From contig OZ024755.1 in assembly GCA_964016885.1 (NCBI GenBank), positions 40,610,001 through 40,674,000 on the forward strand: a stretch of 64,000 nucleotides of DNA, read 5' to 3'. This DNA is from Eledone cirrhosa (taxonomy: Eukaryota). The notes under the pieces are model-generated. The model made no database searches and had not been told where the DNA came from. It was given only the letters and a program-made list of their open reading frames with translations. Below are positions 23,258-35,300 of this stretch, piece by piece. How positions within the stretch are numbered: the first letter of the stretch is position 1; the number at the start of each line of letters is the position of its first letter. A program made the translations under genes and the position numbers.

Positions 23258-23850
23258 TATATATATATAGTAATAATGAATGTGAAGACTAAAATCCGAA
23301 GAGGATATATATATATATATATATATAATGTAAACAGGTTTATAATACTCGTGGCTCTCTTGATGGTACCATAATATCCTAGAGCTAGTTAAGGCTGATC
23401 GATAACTTCATAATTTACTGAAATCTTTAGACTTATGTTCATGATCTACCTAATAAAGTTAGAAGCGACAATGTCACGAAATAATTATTTTACATATTTA
23501 TGAATCAACGTTTTATTTCTAATGTTCAAATACTGTCGAGGCGTAATGGCGGCCACCAGGCTGTATCTATTGTTAGATTCTCGCTACTAAATTCCTTATA
23601 AACAAATTAAATATTCCAATGTCTTCTTTCATTGTTTCACCATTTTAACTTAAACAGTAGAAACGCAGACCTTCAACGTTCATCGTAACAGAATATTGAT
23701 TTGATTGCTAAATTATAGGAGTTCGATTCCTGTAATACGTCGTTCTGTCATACAACTGCCTTTTACGTTCGGTTTAGTAAGACTTTGAGTTGGAGGAGTC
23801 GTTAGACAATTGGATTAAATGGCGTGGTAGTTGTTCCGATTCATTGCACT

Positions 23851-23905
23851 TTGAGTTCGAATTACACCGAAGTTAATTTTACCTTCCAACCTTTCAGCGT
23901 CGAGG
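23851..23905 (+). mobile_element. Old SINE remnant
   Basis: TGAGTTCGAATTACACCGAAGTTAATTTTACCTTCCAACC resembles the SINE B-box and body. Confidence 0.5.
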
Positions 23906-24272
23906 GGTGGGGAATAGCGGAAAAATGATAGAATACACACATATGTGTGAGTTAGATCTACTGCTAATATGTATGGTAATGATAATATACACATACACAC
24001 ACATACGCACACACACGCACACACACACACACACACGCACACACATGTATATAAATATAAGTATTATATAACTTATTATGTAACTTAGCTCCGTTTATTT
24101 AGTTAATTTCTCCGGACTAAGAAGAAAGATTAGGTAAATTTTATCTGTATGTTCCTAAACTTATATATATATATATATATGTGTAGAGGTTATATTTAAT
24201 TTGTTGGGATACAACAAGTAACATATTTTTATAACTGATATAAAGCACTCAACAAATTATTGGAGTAAATAT

Positions 24273-24444
24273 ACAATATATTAACAAATGGAAACTATAT
24301 TTATAAAACCATATTTATTTCATTATACAATATATTAACAAATGGAAACTATATTTATAAAACCATATTTATTTGGTGGCCCTTGAAATATGTATAATGA
24401 AATAAATATGGTTTTATAAATATAGTTTCCATTTGTTAATATAT

Positions 24445-24447
<3 letters not shown>
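24273..24447. repeat. Direct plus inverted duplication of an AT-rich ~57-mer
   Basis: 24273-24329 is the reverse complement of 24391-24447; 24327-24374 is a direct copy of the left arm. Confidence 0.85.
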
Positions 24448-24492
<45 letters not shown>

Positions 24493-25235
24493 AGCACACA
24501 CACACACATATATATATATACATATATACACATATACATACATACATGATGGTGATAAAGATTAAACATTTTAAAGTTTATTGGATATTAATTTTCTTCA
24601 ATTGTGAAAATTAAAACCAAATTTTGCATCCTTCACACATTTTCTTACCATGTATTATTAAATTAATATAAAAATCATTAATATTGCCTTTTCACAACCA
24701 GAATGAATAAGTTTTAATCTATTTGCTAGATCGGAATTTCAAACTTTTATTTTTCATTTTCCTTTAAAATCTTCGCCTTGTGATTGCTGAACAGTTAAAG
24801 TCCACTAAAGTTAACTTCAAAGTTATAATCTTGATCTCAGTTCCATATATAATTTCAGAAATTGACAAAAACAATAGTCAAAAGAATGAACCAAAACAAA
24901 ATTAAAGATAGGACTTGTTTGGTGCTGATTTTTCAGTTTAGTGGTTGAAACCAGTAAAACAAGAAAATAATTCGATATTTATTTATTTGTAACTTGAAAA
25001 TTCTTTTAGTTACGTCACTTGTAAAATATGATTTTATTGTTCATGGAATGTATCAAATTATATTAAAATAGTTGCTGTAGAATCAAAATAGGAAAAAAAA
25101 TCGATGCGTATGTATTGATCTTTGAAGGTGTTGCAGAGGCAGGAATTTATCTCTAAACTGGAACTGATTTCATATTTTTTATCGTAGATTGTAGAGGGTC
25201 TCCTCGGCTCTGTTGGGCACTTGACAACCTCTCTA

Positions 25236-25624
25236 GTGCTGGTCTCATGATGAAATACACCCAGTAGACTCTGTAAATGGAAGTGTTGGTGTCATGATGA
25301 AACACACCCACTACACTCTGTAAAGTGGTAATGCTGGTGTCATGATAAAATACACACAGTATGCTCTGTAATGTGGTAGTGTTGGTGTCATGATGAAACA
25401 CACTCAGTGCATTCTGTAAAGTGGTAGTAATGGTGTCCTTATAAAATACACTCAGTACACTCTGTAAAGTAGTAGAGCTGGTGCTATTATATAATACACT
25501 CAGTACACTCTGTAAAGTGGTACTGCTGGTGCTATGATACACCCAGTACATCCTGTTAAACGGTAGTGCTGGTGCTATGATAAAATACACCCAGTACACT
25601 TTGTAAAGTGGTAGTGCTGGTGAC
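25236..25624. repeat. 48-bp minisatellite, ~8 diverged copies
   Basis: Consensus ~GTGCTGGTGTCATGATGAAATACACCCAGTACACTCTGTAAAGTGGTA. Confidence 0.9.
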
Positions 25625-25648
25625 ACGAAAAATGGTGGGTGAATAAAT

Positions 25649-26520
25649 TGCTAAAATGACTCTTAAATAGCTAAAACGGCATCATAAATGACTAAAATGA
25701 CTCTATAATAGCTAAAAGGGCATCATAAATGACTAAAATGACTCTAAAATGGCGAAAACGGCAGCATAAATGACTAAAATGACTCTATAATAGCTAAAAG
25801 GGCATCATAAATGACTAAAATGACTCTAAAATGGCGAAAACGGCAGCATAAATGACTAAAATGACTCTAAAATAGTTAAAAGGGCATCATAAATGACTAA
25901 AATGACTCTAAAATGGCGAAACGGCAGCATAAATGACTAAAATGACTCTAAATAGCTAAAAGGGCATCATAAATGACTACAATGACACTAAAATAGCTAA
26001 ATCGGCATCATAAATGACTAAAATGGCTTTAAAATGGCGAAAACGGCACCATAAATGACTAAAATGACGAAAACGGCATCATAAATGACTAAAATGACTC
26101 TAAAATAGCTAAAACTGCATCATCAATGACTAAAATGATTCTGAAATGGCTAAAACGGCATCGTAAATGACTAAAATGACTAAAACGGCACCATAAATGA
26201 CTAAAATGACTCTGAAATAGCTAAAACGGCACCATAAATGACTAAAATGACGAACACGGCACCATAAATGACTAAAATGACTCCAAAATAGCTAAAACGG
26301 CATCATAAATTACTAAAAGACTCTAAAATGGCGAAAACGGCACCATAAATGACTCCAAAATAGCTAAAACGGCATCATAAATGATTAAAATGACTCTAAA
26401 ATAGCTAAAACGGCATCATAAATGACTAAAATGACTCCAAAATGGCGAAAACGGCACCATAAGTGACTAAAATGACTCTAAAATAGCTAAAACGGTATCA
26501 TAAATGACTAAAATGACTCT
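25649..26520. repeat. 41-bp satellite array (same family and orientation as 0.2-9.4 kb)
   Basis: Same consensus. Confidence 0.95.
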
Positions 26521-26879
26521 TATTAAGCCGTACAGTGTTCGGCAACCATCGTTGCGCTTTTGTTCAACACTGACAAGAGAACGATGAACTAGTTTCTAGC
26601 TTCTTAGCTGTCATCAGCACCGTATACCTTCCTATCAATCGATTGAACGTTTGAAAGTATATACTTTCCTTATGTATATTAACGGCTGAGCAGCCTAATT
26701 TGCATATCGATTGAGTTAGTCGGCCGGGCATACCGAAAACGATAAATGGAAAAAATATAAGTATGTATACGTACATAAATATATGTATACAGACGTACAG
26801 TAACATACATATATATATATGTATGTATGGGTTTACCGAACATTTATTATAATGTTAGGTTTGTTTGTAAACAAACGTC
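26521..26879 (-). mobile_element. ~360-bp hammerhead-bearing monomer (family B; retrozyme or PLE pseudo-LTR)
   Basis: Both ends are inverted homologues of 18217-18390, but in permuted order. Confidence 0.7.
26581..26623 (-). ncRNA. Type I hammerhead ribozyme (family B)
   Basis: Minus: ACGGTG-CTGATGA-C-AGCT-AAGA-AGCT-A-GAAA-CTAG-TT-CATCGT; 6-bp stem I, intact core, GUU triplet. Confidence 0.85.
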
Positions 26880-26880
26880 T

Positions 26881-27567
26881 TCGGAAAGAGCATTTGTGAT
26901 TATTCCAGCGACTTTTAGATTCTCTAGAAGTTGCACCTACATAGTTAAATATATTATCATTGGTTTTAACTGTACATTTATAGACCACGTCCTTATCTAA
27001 ACACTTATTTTTTAAAGGACAGTTTTATTTAACTATACAGTTACATTTTGCGGAGTTGTTCTTATTCAGAACGGTACTATTATGTTGGATATTGCTAGAG
27101 ATATTACTGCTATTTTGGTTATTTTGGTTAGGGTTTAAATTTCCATTATTGATTCTATTTATATTATGTGCTATGTTCATAGTAGTAGAGTAGGATAGTT
27201 TTATAGTATGCCTGTTAAAGATTGAGTAGTATCTGTGGGCTTTAGGAAAATATTTATTTAGTGCCTTTAAGAATAGCTTTGCTAAAGGTGAGTACCAAAT
27301 AATATTTCTAGTTCTATTTCTTCTGTTAGTTTTAGAGTTTAAGTTTGATTTTTTTATTATAATTATAATTTATAGTAAGGTTATTTGCCTTATTACTGTT
27401 GTCGATGTATTTAATCTTATATAGCCTGCTCTATTTAAAGCTTGATTATAATATTCTGCCTTATCGTCAAAAATGTTTTTATTAGCGGAGATGCGTGAAA
27501 TACGTTGTTGGATAGAATTGATAACAGTGTTCTTGATAGATTTAGGATGATTAGAGTTATGAAATAG
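26881..27567 (-). pseudogene. Penelope-like element fragment: RT thumb, linker and GIY-YIG endonuclease N-terminal half (Naiad-like)
   Basis: Minus translation SNHPKSIKNTVINSIQQRISRISANKNIFDDKAEYYNQALNRAGY ... RNIIWYSPLAKLFLKALNKYFPKAHRYYSIFNRHTIKLSYS ... KCNCIVK*NCPLKNKCLDKDVVYKCTV..YVGATSRESKSRWNNHKCSFR; contains an in-frame stop. Confidence 0.9.
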
Positions 27568-27568
27568 G

Positions 27569-27587
27569 CAGAGAGTCAGAGATATGC

Positions 27588-27641
<54 letters not shown>

Positions 27642-27784
27642 GATCAGGTAAGCGAGAGCTAGACAGAGAGAGGGGAAGAGAGAGAGAGAGAGATGACCAG
27701 GTAAGCGAGAGCTAGACAGAGAGGGAGAAAGAGAGAGAGAGAGAGAGATGACCAGGTAAGCGAGAGCTAGACAGAGAGAGAGAA

Positions 27785-27831
<47 letters not shown>

Positions 27832-27983
27832 CAGGTAAGCGAGAGCTAGACAGAGAGAGAGAAAGAGAGAGAGAGAGAGTGAGAGAGAGAGAGAGATGAC
27901 CAGGTAAGCGAGAGCTAGACAGAGAGAGAGAAAGAAAGAGAGAGCGAGATGACCAGGTAAGCGAGAGCTAGACAAAGAGAGAA

Positions 27984-28018
<35 letters not shown>

Positions 28019-28057
28019 GGAGATGACCAGGTAAGCGAGAGCTAGACAGAGAGAGAG

Positions 28058-28114
<57 letters not shown>

Positions 28115-28134
28115 CAGGTAAGCGAGAGCTAGAC

Positions 28135-28184
<50 letters not shown>

Positions 28185-28203
28185 GACCAGGTAAGCGAGA
28201 GCT

Positions 28204-28250
<47 letters not shown>

Positions 28251-28319
28251 CAGGTAAGCGAGAGCTAGACAGAGAGAGAGGAAGAGAGAGAGAGGGAGAT
28301 GACCAGGTAAGCGAGAGCT

Positions 28320-28381
<62 letters not shown>

Positions 28382-28423
28382 GACCAGGTAAGCGAGAGTT
28401 AGAGAGAGAAAGAGAGAGAGAGA

Positions 28424-28477
<54 letters not shown>

Positions 28478-28497
28478 CAGGTAAGCGAGAGCTAGAC

Positions 28498-28548
<51 letters not shown>

Positions 28549-28579
28549 AGAGAGATGACCAGGTAAGCGAGAGCTAGAC

Positions 28580-28627
<48 letters not shown>

Positions 28628-28646
28628 GACCAGGTAAGCGAGAGCT

Positions 28647-28693
<47 letters not shown>

Positions 28694-28837
28694 CAGGTAA
28701 GCGAGAGCTAGACAGAGAGAGAGGAAGAGAGAGAGAGGGAGATGACCAGGTAAGCGAGAGCTAGACAGAGAGAGAAAGAGAGAGAGAGAGGCATGACCAG
28801 GTAAGCGAGAGCTAGACAGAGAGAGAGAGAGAGGAGA

Positions 28838-28870
<33 letters not shown>

Positions 28871-28956
28871 TGACCAGGTAAGCGAGAGCTAGACAGAGAG
28901 AGAGGAAGAGAGAGAGAGAGATGACCAGGTAAGCGAGAGCTAGACAGAGAGAGAGA

Positions 28957-29028
<72 letters not shown>

Positions 29029-29044
29029 CAGGTAAGCGAGAGCT

Positions 29045-29099
<55 letters not shown>

Positions 29100-29115
29100 C
29101 AGGTAAGCGAGAGCT

Positions 29116-29154
<39 letters not shown>

Positions 29155-29170
29155 CAGGTAAGCGAGAGCT

Positions 29171-29230
<60 letters not shown>

Positions 29231-29272
29231 CATGACCAGGTAAGCGAGAGCTAGACAGAGAGAGAGAGAGAT

Positions 29273-29306
<34 letters not shown>

Positions 29307-29391
29307 GACAGAGAGAGAGAGAGAGATGACCAGGTAAGCGAGAGCTAGACACAGAGAGAGACAGAGAGAGATGACCAGGTAAGCGAGAGTT

Positions 29392-29439
<48 letters not shown>

Positions 29440-29465
29440 CATGACCATGTAAGCGAGAGCTAGAC

Positions 29466-29496
<31 letters not shown>

Positions 29497-29503
29497 GAGA
29501 GAA
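27569..29503. repeat. Composite repeat: ATGACCAGGTAAGCGAGAGCTAGAC separated by variable (GA)n
   Basis: About 30 conserved cores with variable-length GA tracts. Confidence 0.95.
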
Positions 29504-29586
29504 GAATTGTAAAAGTCTTATATTTGTGTTCCAGGAATCCTAATTGAAGATTTTAGAATGTTTTTGAGAGTGTGACAGACAAAACG

Positions 29587-29768
29587 TCAGAATCGGTAGA
29601 GAGTCGGACGCCATGCTTTGTACAAAGAGTTACGGCCCTTTATGGTCTGAGTTCAAATCCCGCTGAGGTTAACTTTGCCTTTCATCCTTACGGGGTCGAT
29701 AAAATAAAGTACCAGTAATGCACTGGGTTAATTGCTGGCCTTGTGCCAAAAGTAGAAACAATTATTAT
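29587..29768 (+). mobile_element. tRNA-derived SINE, nearly full length
   Basis: Same family as 3930-4112; CAGAATCGGTAGAG head, B-box and tail. Confidence 0.9.
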
Positions 29769-29837
29769 AAATGATTGATTGATTTTCTTCTGTTTCATAT
29801 AATTTATTTTTTACCGTTCGATAATGATTTGTCCGAA

Positions 29838-30371
29838 GATGGATGTTTACTCAATGCTGTGATTGAATATCTGTACTAATCGATGGATGTTTACTCAATG
29901 CTGTGATTGAATATCTGTACTAATCGATGGATGTTTACTCAATGCTGTGATTGAATATCTGTACTAATCGATGGATGTTTACTCAATGCTGTGATTGAAT
30001 ATCTGTACTAATCGATGGATGTTTACTCAATGCTGTGATTGAATATCTGTACTAATCGATGGATGTTTACTCAATGCTGTGATTGAATATCTGTACTAAT
30101 CGATGGATGTTTACTCAATGCTGTGATTGAATATCTGTACTAATCGATGGATGTTTACTCAATGCTGTGATTGAATATCTGTACTAATCGATGGATGTTT
30201 ACTCAATGCTGTGATTGAATATCTGTACTAATCGATGGATGTTTACTCAATGCTGTGATTGAATATCTGTACTAATCGATGGATGTTTACTCAATGCTGT
30301 GATTGAATATCTGTACTAATCGATGGATGTTTACTCAATGCTGTGATTGAATATCTGTACTAATCGATGGA
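29838..30371. repeat. Perfect 44-bp tandem repeat, 12 copies
   Basis: GATGGATGTTTACTCAATGCTGTGATTGAATATCTGTACTAATC with no spacers. Confidence 0.97.
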
Positions 30372-30421
30372 CAGATTTGTTTAAACTTTTAATAATCAAC
30401 TCATGTTATTAATTAATGCCA

Positions 30422-30625
30422 GGTGGGGGGGGGTTGTGGTGGTGGTTGTGGTGGTGGTGATGGTGGTGATGGTGATGGTGGTGGTGCTGATGGTGGTGAT
30501 GGTGGTGGTGGTGGTGCTGATTGTGGTGGTGGTGGTGGTGGTGCTGATGGTGGTGGTGGTGGTGCTGATGGTGGTGGTGGTGGTGGTAATGGTGGTGATG
30601 ATGCTGAGGAGGAGGAGGAGGAGGA
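30422..30625. repeat. (GGT)n/(GAG)n trinucleotide microsatellite
   Basis: Read directly from the sequence. Confidence 0.95.
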
Positions 30626-30717
30626 CTATGTAAGTTATCAGGTGTAAACAAAGGAGTGGAAGTTTCAGAGTCATTAGAACATCAAATAGAATGTTCCACG
30701 GTGGTCGGTGACTTCAC

Positions 30718-30790
30718 TCTGAGTTCAAGAACCGCCATTGTCAAGTTGGCCTTTTATTATTACGGGATCGATAAATAAAGTACCAGTCAA
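30718..30790 (+). mobile_element. Degenerate SINE fragment (also at 59397-59469)
   Basis: CTGAGTTCAAGAACCGCC...GGGATCGATAAATAAAGTACCAGT. Confidence 0.65.
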
Positions 30791-30799
30791 TCAGGTAAT

Positions 30800-31025
30800 A
30801 ATGTTTACTGTAATCACCTGTTAAATAACCAGGTGTCACTTGAGTATCACCAGGCATGACCAGTGTAGTCACCTGTTAATTAAACCAGATGTCACTTCGG
30901 TATAACCAGGTATGACCAGCGTAGTCACCTGTTAATTAACCAGGTTAATGAAGCAGGTGTAACTTCAATATGACCAGGTATGACCAGTGTAATCACCTGT
31001 TACACAGGTAAATTAAGCAGGTGTC
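30800..31025. repeat. Degenerate palindromic minisatellite (also at ~59480-59705)
   Basis: Recurring TCACCTGTTAATTAACCAGGT and ATGACCAGTGTAGTC motifs. Confidence 0.7.
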
Positions 31026-31137
31026 TCAGTTCAAGACACGATATAAGACAGTACTAAAAAGAAACCGAGATATTTATTGTCGTTTGAGAGAAAATATATT
31101 AACTAATCTCCTTTATTTTTACATCCTGTTCCTAGTT

Positions 31138-31174
31138 CTGGCGATAGCTCAGTTGGTAGAGCGGAGGACTGTAG
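31138..31174 (+). pseudogene. tRNA-Tyr(GTA) 5' half only
   Basis: CTGGCGA-TA-GCTC-AGTTGGTA-GAGC-G-GAGGA-CT-GTA-G fits the eukaryotic tRNA-Tyr 5' exon; no T-arm or 3' half follows. Confidence 0.8.
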
Positions 31175-31179
31175 TGTAT

Positions 31180-32166
31180 ATGGGACCCGGAATGTCATGT
31201 GGAAGCCACTGGCTGATCCCAAGATTGTGCTCATGCCGCCACTGCACATTAAGTTGGGATTGATGAAGCAGTTTGTGAAGGCTCTCAACCAAGAATCAGC
31301 TGCTTTTAAGTACCTTCTTGAGTTCTTCCCCAAGTTATCTGAGGCCAAAATCAAAGGTGGAATTGTTGTTGGATCTCAGATAAAGAAGGTGTTTGAGTCT
31401 ACCAAGTTCTCCAATAAGCTCAATAGGATTGAGAGAACAGCATGGAACTGTTTCAAGGCCGTTGTTAAGGGCTTCCTGGTTAACTACAGAGCTGAAAACT
31501 ACCAGCAACTGGTGTAGGATCTGATAAAGGCTTTTGGCGCCATGGGATGCAGGATGTCGCTTAAATTCCATATACTAGACGCTCACCTGGAAAAATTCAA
31601 GGACAATATGGGCGCCTACTCAGAAGAACAAGGCGAACGATTCACCAAGATGTGAAAGAGATAGGGCGGAGGTACCAGGGCCACTACAATGAAAAAATGA
31701 TGGGGACTATATCTGGGGGCTAGTGCGGGAATGCGACCTGGACTACAATCGCAAATCCAGGAAATCCAGTCATTTCTGACGTGTATAAGTTGCTTTATAA
31801 GTGTTATTTGTTTTTACTTGTTTGCTTTTGATAAGCTTGTGTAATAAAATAAATATATACTCTGTTGATTTAATTATATGAACTGATAAATTTTAAAAAA
31901 ATGTGTTTTTTCTTGAAAAATATGAAAATTTCGAAATATCAAACTCCTGACCACAAACTTCTGATTAAATAATTGTTTCTACTTTTGGCACAAGGCCAGC
32001 AATTACCCAGTGTATTACTGGTACTTTATTTTATCGACCCCGTAAGGATGAAAGGCAAAGTTAACCTCGGCGGGATTTGAACCCGAGTGTTTTTTTATAA
32101 TAATGGGATATAACAAACCAGGAAATAACACTTAGACACAGGGAACGAAAAATATGTTACACGGTG
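31180..32166 (+). mobile_element. 5'-truncated DNA transposon (CMC/Chapaev3-like) with a decayed transposase at ~31180-31779
   Basis: PPLHIKLGLMKQFVKAL..FPKLSEAKIKGGIVVGSQI..MGCRMSLKFHILDAHL..GAYSEEQGERF/HQD. Stop at 31515 plus frameshifts. Putative terminus GTTACACGGTG at 32166. Family assignment is from memory. Confidence 0.78.
31968..32087 (-). mobile_element. 5'-truncated SINE nested in the transposon 3' end
   Basis: Matches the tail-to-B-box part of 3930-4112. Confidence 0.9.
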
Positions 32167-32377
32167 TTATATAGGATGTGTTGGGCTATCAATATGTAAT
32201 CTAAACGACTAATTCTGGTTTTAAAAATATGGCTGTGGTGTGTAGTTGTGTGGTTCTGTGGTTTTGTGAGTATGTGTGTGTGGTGTGTTAATACCTTTGT
32301 AGTGTGTGTGTAGCGTATGTGTTCGGTTATGTGTGTGTGTGTGTGTGTTAGCGCCTTTGCGGTGTTTGTGTGTGGTG

Positions 32378-35300
32378 TGTGTGCTAGGCGTGTGCTAGGT
32401 GTGTGTGCTAGGCGTGTGCTAGGTGTGTGTGCTAGGTGTGTGCTAGATGTGTGTGCTAGGTGTGTGCTAGGTGTGTGCTAGATGTGTGTGCTAGGTGTGT
32501 GCTAGGTGTGTGTGCTAGGTGTGTGTGCTAGGTGTGTGCTAGGTGTGTGCTAGGTGTGTGTGCTAGGTGTGTGTGCTAGGTGTATGTGCTAGGTGTGTGC
32601 TAGGTGTGTGTGCTAGGTGTGTGCTAGGTGTGTGCTAGGTGTGTGTGCTAGGTGTGTGCTAGGTGTGTGTGCTATGTGTGTGCTATGTGTGTGCTAGGGG
32701 TGTGCTAGGGGTGTGCTAGGTGTGTGTGCTAGGTGTGTGCTAGGCGTGTGCTAGGCGTGTGTGCTAGGCGTGTGCTAGGCGTGTGCTAGGTGTGTGTGCT
32801 AGGCGTGTGCTAGGCGTGTGCTAGGTGTGTGTGCTAGGTGTGTGCTAGGTGTGTGTGCTAGGGGTATGTGCTAGGTGTGTGCTAGGTGTGTGCTAGGGGT
32901 ATGTGCTAGGTGTGTGCTAGGCGTGTGCTAGGCGTGTGTGCTAGGCGTGTGCTAGGCGTGTGCTACGTGTGTGTGCTAGGCGTGTGCTAGGCGTGTGCTA
33001 GGTGTGTGTGCTAGGCGTGTGCTAGATGTGTGTGCTAGGTGTGTGCTAGGTGTGTGTGCTAGGTGTGTGTGCTAGGTGTGTGCTAGGTGTGTGCTAGGTG
33101 TGTGCTAGGGGTATGTGATAGGTGTGTGCTAGGTGTGTGCTAGGTGTGTATGCTAGGTGTGTGCTAGGTGTGTGTGCTAGGTGTGTATGCTAGGTGTGTG
33201 CTAGGTGTGTGCTAGGTATGTGTGCTAGGTGTGTGTGCTAGGTGTGGGCTAGGTGTGTATACTAGATGTGTGTGCTAGGTGTGTGCTAGGTGTGTGTGAT
33301 AGGTGTGTGCTAGGTGTGTGCTGGGTGTGTGCTAGGTGTGTGCTAGGTATGTGTGCTAGGTGTGTGTTAGGTGTGTGCTAGGTGTGTGCTAGGTGTGTGC
33401 TAGGTGTGTGCTAGGTGTGTGCTAGGTATGTGTGCTAGGTGTGTGTTAGGTGTGTGCTAGGTGTGTGCTAGGTGTGTGTGCTAGGTGTGTGTTAGGCGTG
33501 TGCTAGGTGTGTGTGCTAGGCGTGTGCTAGGTGTATGTGCTAGGTGTGTGCTAGGTGTGTGATAGGTGTGTGTGCTAGGTATGTGCTAGGTGTGTGCTAG
33601 GTGTGTGCTAGATGTGTGTGCTAGGTGTGTGCTAGGTGTGTGTTAGGTGTGTGTGCTATGTGTGTGCTAGATATGTGTGCTAGGTGTGTTTGTTAGGTGT
33701 GTGCTAGGTGTGTGCTAGGTGTGTGTGCTAGGTATGTGCTAGGTGTGTGCTAGGTGTACGTGCTAGGTGTGTGCTAGGTGTGTGCTAGGTGTGTGTGCTA
33801 GGAGTGTGCTAGGTGTGTGTGCTAGGTGTGTGCTAGGTGTGTGTGCTAGGTGTGTGTGCTAGGTGTGTGCTAGGTGTGTGCTAGGTGTGTACTAGGTGTG
33901 AACTAGGTGTGTGTTAGGTGTGTGCTAGGTGTGTGTGCTATGTGTGTGCTATGTGTGTGTGTTAGGTATGTGCTAGGTGTGTGCTAGGTGTATGTGCTAG
34001 GTGTGTCCTAGGTGTGTGCTAGGTGTGTGTGCTAGGTATGTGTTAGGTGTGTGCTAGGTGTGTGCTAGATGTGTGTGCTAGGTGTGTGCTAGGTGTGTGT
34101 GCTATGTGTGTGCTAGGTGTGTGTGCTAGGTGTGTGCTAGGTGTGTGTGCTAGGTGTGTGTGTTATGTGTGCTAGGTGTGTGCTAGTTGTGTGTGCTAGG
34201 TATGTGCTAGGTGTGTGCTAGGTGTGTGCTAGGTGTGTGTGCTAGGTGTGTGCTAGGTGTGTGCTAGGTGTGTGCTAGGTGTGTGTTCTAGGTGTGTGTG
34301 CTAGGTGTGTGCTAGGTGTGTGCTAGGTGTGTGCTAGGTGTGTGTGCTAGGTGTGTGTGCTAGGTGTGTGCTAGGTGTGTGCTAGGTGTGTGCTAGGTGT
34401 GTACTAGGTGTGAGCTAGGTGTGTGCTAGATGTGTGCTAGGTGTGTGTGCTAGGTGTGTGTGCTAGGTCTGTATGCTAGGTGTGTGTGCTAGGTGTGTGC
34501 TAGGTGTGTGCTAGGTGTGTGCTAGGTGTGTGCTAGGTGTGTGTGCTAGGTGTATGTGCTAGGTGTGTGCTAGGTGTGTGTGCTAGGTGTGTGCTAGGTG
34601 TGTGTGTTATGTGTGTGCTATGTGTGTGCTAGGGGTGTGCTAGGTGTGTGCTAGGCGTGTGTGCTAGGCGTGTGCTAGGTGTGTTTGCTAGGCGTGTGCT
34701 AGGCGTGTGCTAGGTGTGTGTGCTAGGCGTGTGCTAGGTGTGTGTGCTGGGTGTGTGCTAGGTGTGTGCTAGGTGTATGTGCTAGGTGTGTGCTAGGTGT
34801 GTGCTAGGTGTGTGTGCTAGGTGTGTGTGCTAGGTGTGTGCTAGGTGTGTGCTAGGTATGTGTGCTAGGTGTGTGTGCTAGGTGTTTTCTAGGTGTGTGC
34901 TATGTATGTGTGCTAGGTGTGTGCTAGGTGTCTGCTAGGTATGTGTGCTAGGTGTGTGTTAGGTGTGTTTTCTAGGTGTGTGTGCTAGGTGTGTGCTAGG
35001 TGTGTGTGCTAGGTGTGTGCTAGGTGTGTGCTAGGTGTGTGCTAGGTGTGTGCTAGGTGTGTGATAGGTATGTGTGCTAGGTGTGTGTTAGGTGTGTGCT
35101 AGGTGTGTGCTAGGTGTGTGCTAGGTGTGTGCTAGGTGTGTGCTAGGTATGTGTGCTAAGTGTGTGTTAGGTGTGTGCTAGGTGTGTGCTAGGGGTGTGC
35201 TAGGTGTGTGCTAGGTTTGTGTGCTAGGTGTGTGTTAGGCGTGTGCTAGGTGTGTGTGCTAGGCGTGTGCTAGGTGTGTGCTAGGTGTGTGTGCTAGGTG

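Noticed and set aside
23390-23435. CTGATCGA...GAAA hammerhead-like string
   Set aside because: The core has an extra base and stems I-III do not pair convincingly.
25153-25626. 157-aa repetitive ORF on the minus strand
   Set aside because: Arises from a 48-bp minisatellite with frame drift; no recognisable domain.
27020-27035. Selenocysteine recoding in the Naiad-like PLE
   Set aside because: The in-frame stop in the Cys-rich motif is TAA, not TGA, so it is simple decay.
29838-30371. CRISPR-like appearance of the 44-bp repeat and the 27.6-29.5 kb composite repeat
   Set aside because: No unique spacers, no cas genes, eukaryotic context.
31138-31210. Functional tRNA-Tyr gene
   Set aside because: The 3' half (T-arm, B-box, acceptor 3' strand) is missing.
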